Origin: Octopus bimaculoides
Lineage: Eukaryota
Direction of reading: 5' to 3'
NCBI RefSeq assembly: GCF_001194135.2
Contig: NC_068998.1
Location: forward strand, 45,214,599 to 45,278,518
Length of the DNA stretch: 63,920 nucleotides
Of the stretch, positions 62,244 through 63,920 are shown piece by piece. The notes under the pieces were generated by a model. That model was not told the DNA's origin. It saw nothing but the letters and a program-made list of their open reading frames with translations, and made no database searches. A program made the translations under genes and the position numbers. Within the stretch, counting starts at the first letter, position 1; every line of letters starts with the position of its first letter.

Positions 62244-63495
62244 AATATAAGGCCACTAAGCTGTAGATAGGTACCACATCACAGCTAACTGTTGTAAGTA
62301 ATAATGAGTAGAATTACTTGATATAAGCACAAGCCCAATACTTGATGAGTAGAATGATGAACAAATGTAGCTAATGGGTCAACAGTTTGTGTAGTTAGTT
62401 ATTAATAATAATAATGACCACTAAGCTGTAGATAGACAGCATATTGAAGTAATAAGCAGTAAGGTCCCTCAAAATTTAATGTTTCATTAATTCACCATAC
62501 ATTGAGACAGGCCCATTGCCAGATTTTAGTGCCTGTGGGTGCTTCAGAATATTCTAATTGGACACTAATTTGTAATTATGCTAAAGTGGTATTTTGAAAT
62601 AACTGTATCACTGTAAATCTGAGGTTGCAACATTGACTAATGAGGGGGAAGTACTGTCCAGTGCTCCTCTTTAGTGGTGGGCATGTGTTGAGGTCTTCCT
62701 ATGGCTAAAACTTGGAGATTATGGGTTTTTCTTTTTCACTTGTCTGCTTGAAAACAGAGTCTTTAAAAGTGTTACTAGAATCTGATGAGGTAAAGGACTT
62801 CTAACTATGATTTATTAATACAGATTCTCAATAAACGCGAACTAAATTAACTACACTGATATTTGAGCTGCTTTGATAATGCTATTTATAGTATAAATCA
62901 ATTTCTATATCTGATGAGGAAAATGAGATAATGCAGGTATAAGAGTGGCAGTAACGAGGTGTACATATGCAAACAAACTTGAGCATTGTTTCACAAACTA
63001 AATATATCGTGCTATACTATGTTTATATAGGTACTTCTGAAAATATGAACTAGATAAAAATAGTGCCAAAGTGTTGTTGTAGCTAATACTTGAAATTCCA
63101 ATTATGATCTTCTGATGGTTATCATACCTGGTGTTACCTGTAGGCTATTGTTAATTGAACTGGTAAAGGGTTGTAATCATTTCAAGACTTGTAGAAGAAA
63201 TAGAACTTCATTTATTTCTTCTATAATTTCAAAATTACAACAATACTTTTTTACATGTTATAGTTCATAATATTCTCTATATCATATGAAAATCTTTATT
63301 ACATGTAGATTGCTGCATGCAAATAAGAAATAGTGAATGCTATTCTTTATTATCAAAGCTGTTGTCTTTTTATGTTGTTCATTTTTTTTTTTACACATTC
63401 AAACCATATCACTGTATCATTCACATCAACTTTTATCAACAATTTGCATCTGTAGAGCAGGTGCCCTACAATAGTGTGTACAGTATTGATTAGTG

Positions 63496-63540
<45 letters not shown>

Positions 63541-63676
63541 GATAGATAGATAGATACACACACATATTTATATACGTACACACATAAATATATATGTATT
63601 GATATATATGCACATATGCGTGTGTGTATGTATATACTCCAGCATGGCCGCAATCAGATGACTGAAACAAATAAAA

Positions 63677-63715
<39 letters not shown>

Positions 63716-63877
63716 TGTATATGTGTGTGTATGTATATGTATGTATGTGCATGTATATGTATAGATAGATAGATAGTTAGATAGATAGATAAAGAGAGAC
63801 AGAGATGATAATGAAGATAAACACAACTAGGTTTTATATATAGAAATTTGAAAACATGCATACACATATACTTATAC

Positions 63878-63920
<43 letters not shown>

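Noticed and set aside
1418-63879. Many ORFs rich in YI/CV/HT/RE dipeptides or poly-N/L/H/D
   Set aside because: They are translations of (TA)n, (TG)n, (GA)n, (ATT)n and (CAT)n microsatellites.

Overview
This is very AT-rich eukaryotic DNA with dense microsatellites and many assembly gaps. The repeat families and (TA)n/(CA)n density point to an octopod cephalopod (Octopus-like) intronic or intergenic region; this is my inference, not a database result. I found no confident host-gene exon, rRNA, true tRNA gene or CRISPR array. Nearly all listed ORFs are microsatellite read-throughs, gap-spanning artefacts or decayed transposon pieces. Repeats present: (1) more than 35 copies or fragments of five SINE-like families (my labels A-E); (2) non-LTR retrotransposon relics (RTE, Tx1/L1, and a HERO-like restriction-like-endonuclease fragment); (3) DNA transposon relics (hAT-Charlie, mariner, an internally deleted Tc1/mariner, pogo/Tigger, TTAA piggyBac-type MITEs, a Helentron-associated HINE). 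Most interesting signals: hammerhead-ribozyme-like motifs in three unrelated short repeats, one as a sense/antisense pair forming a long hairpin (Penelope/retrozyme-like); several long near-perfect inverted repeats that could be ADAR or Dicer substrates; a clear AG|GTAAGT recursive-splice-like site with a downstream donor; a few mini-intron or microexon candidates suggesting a + strand host transcript; and a hAT fragment closely resembling mammalian Charlie3/MER1.
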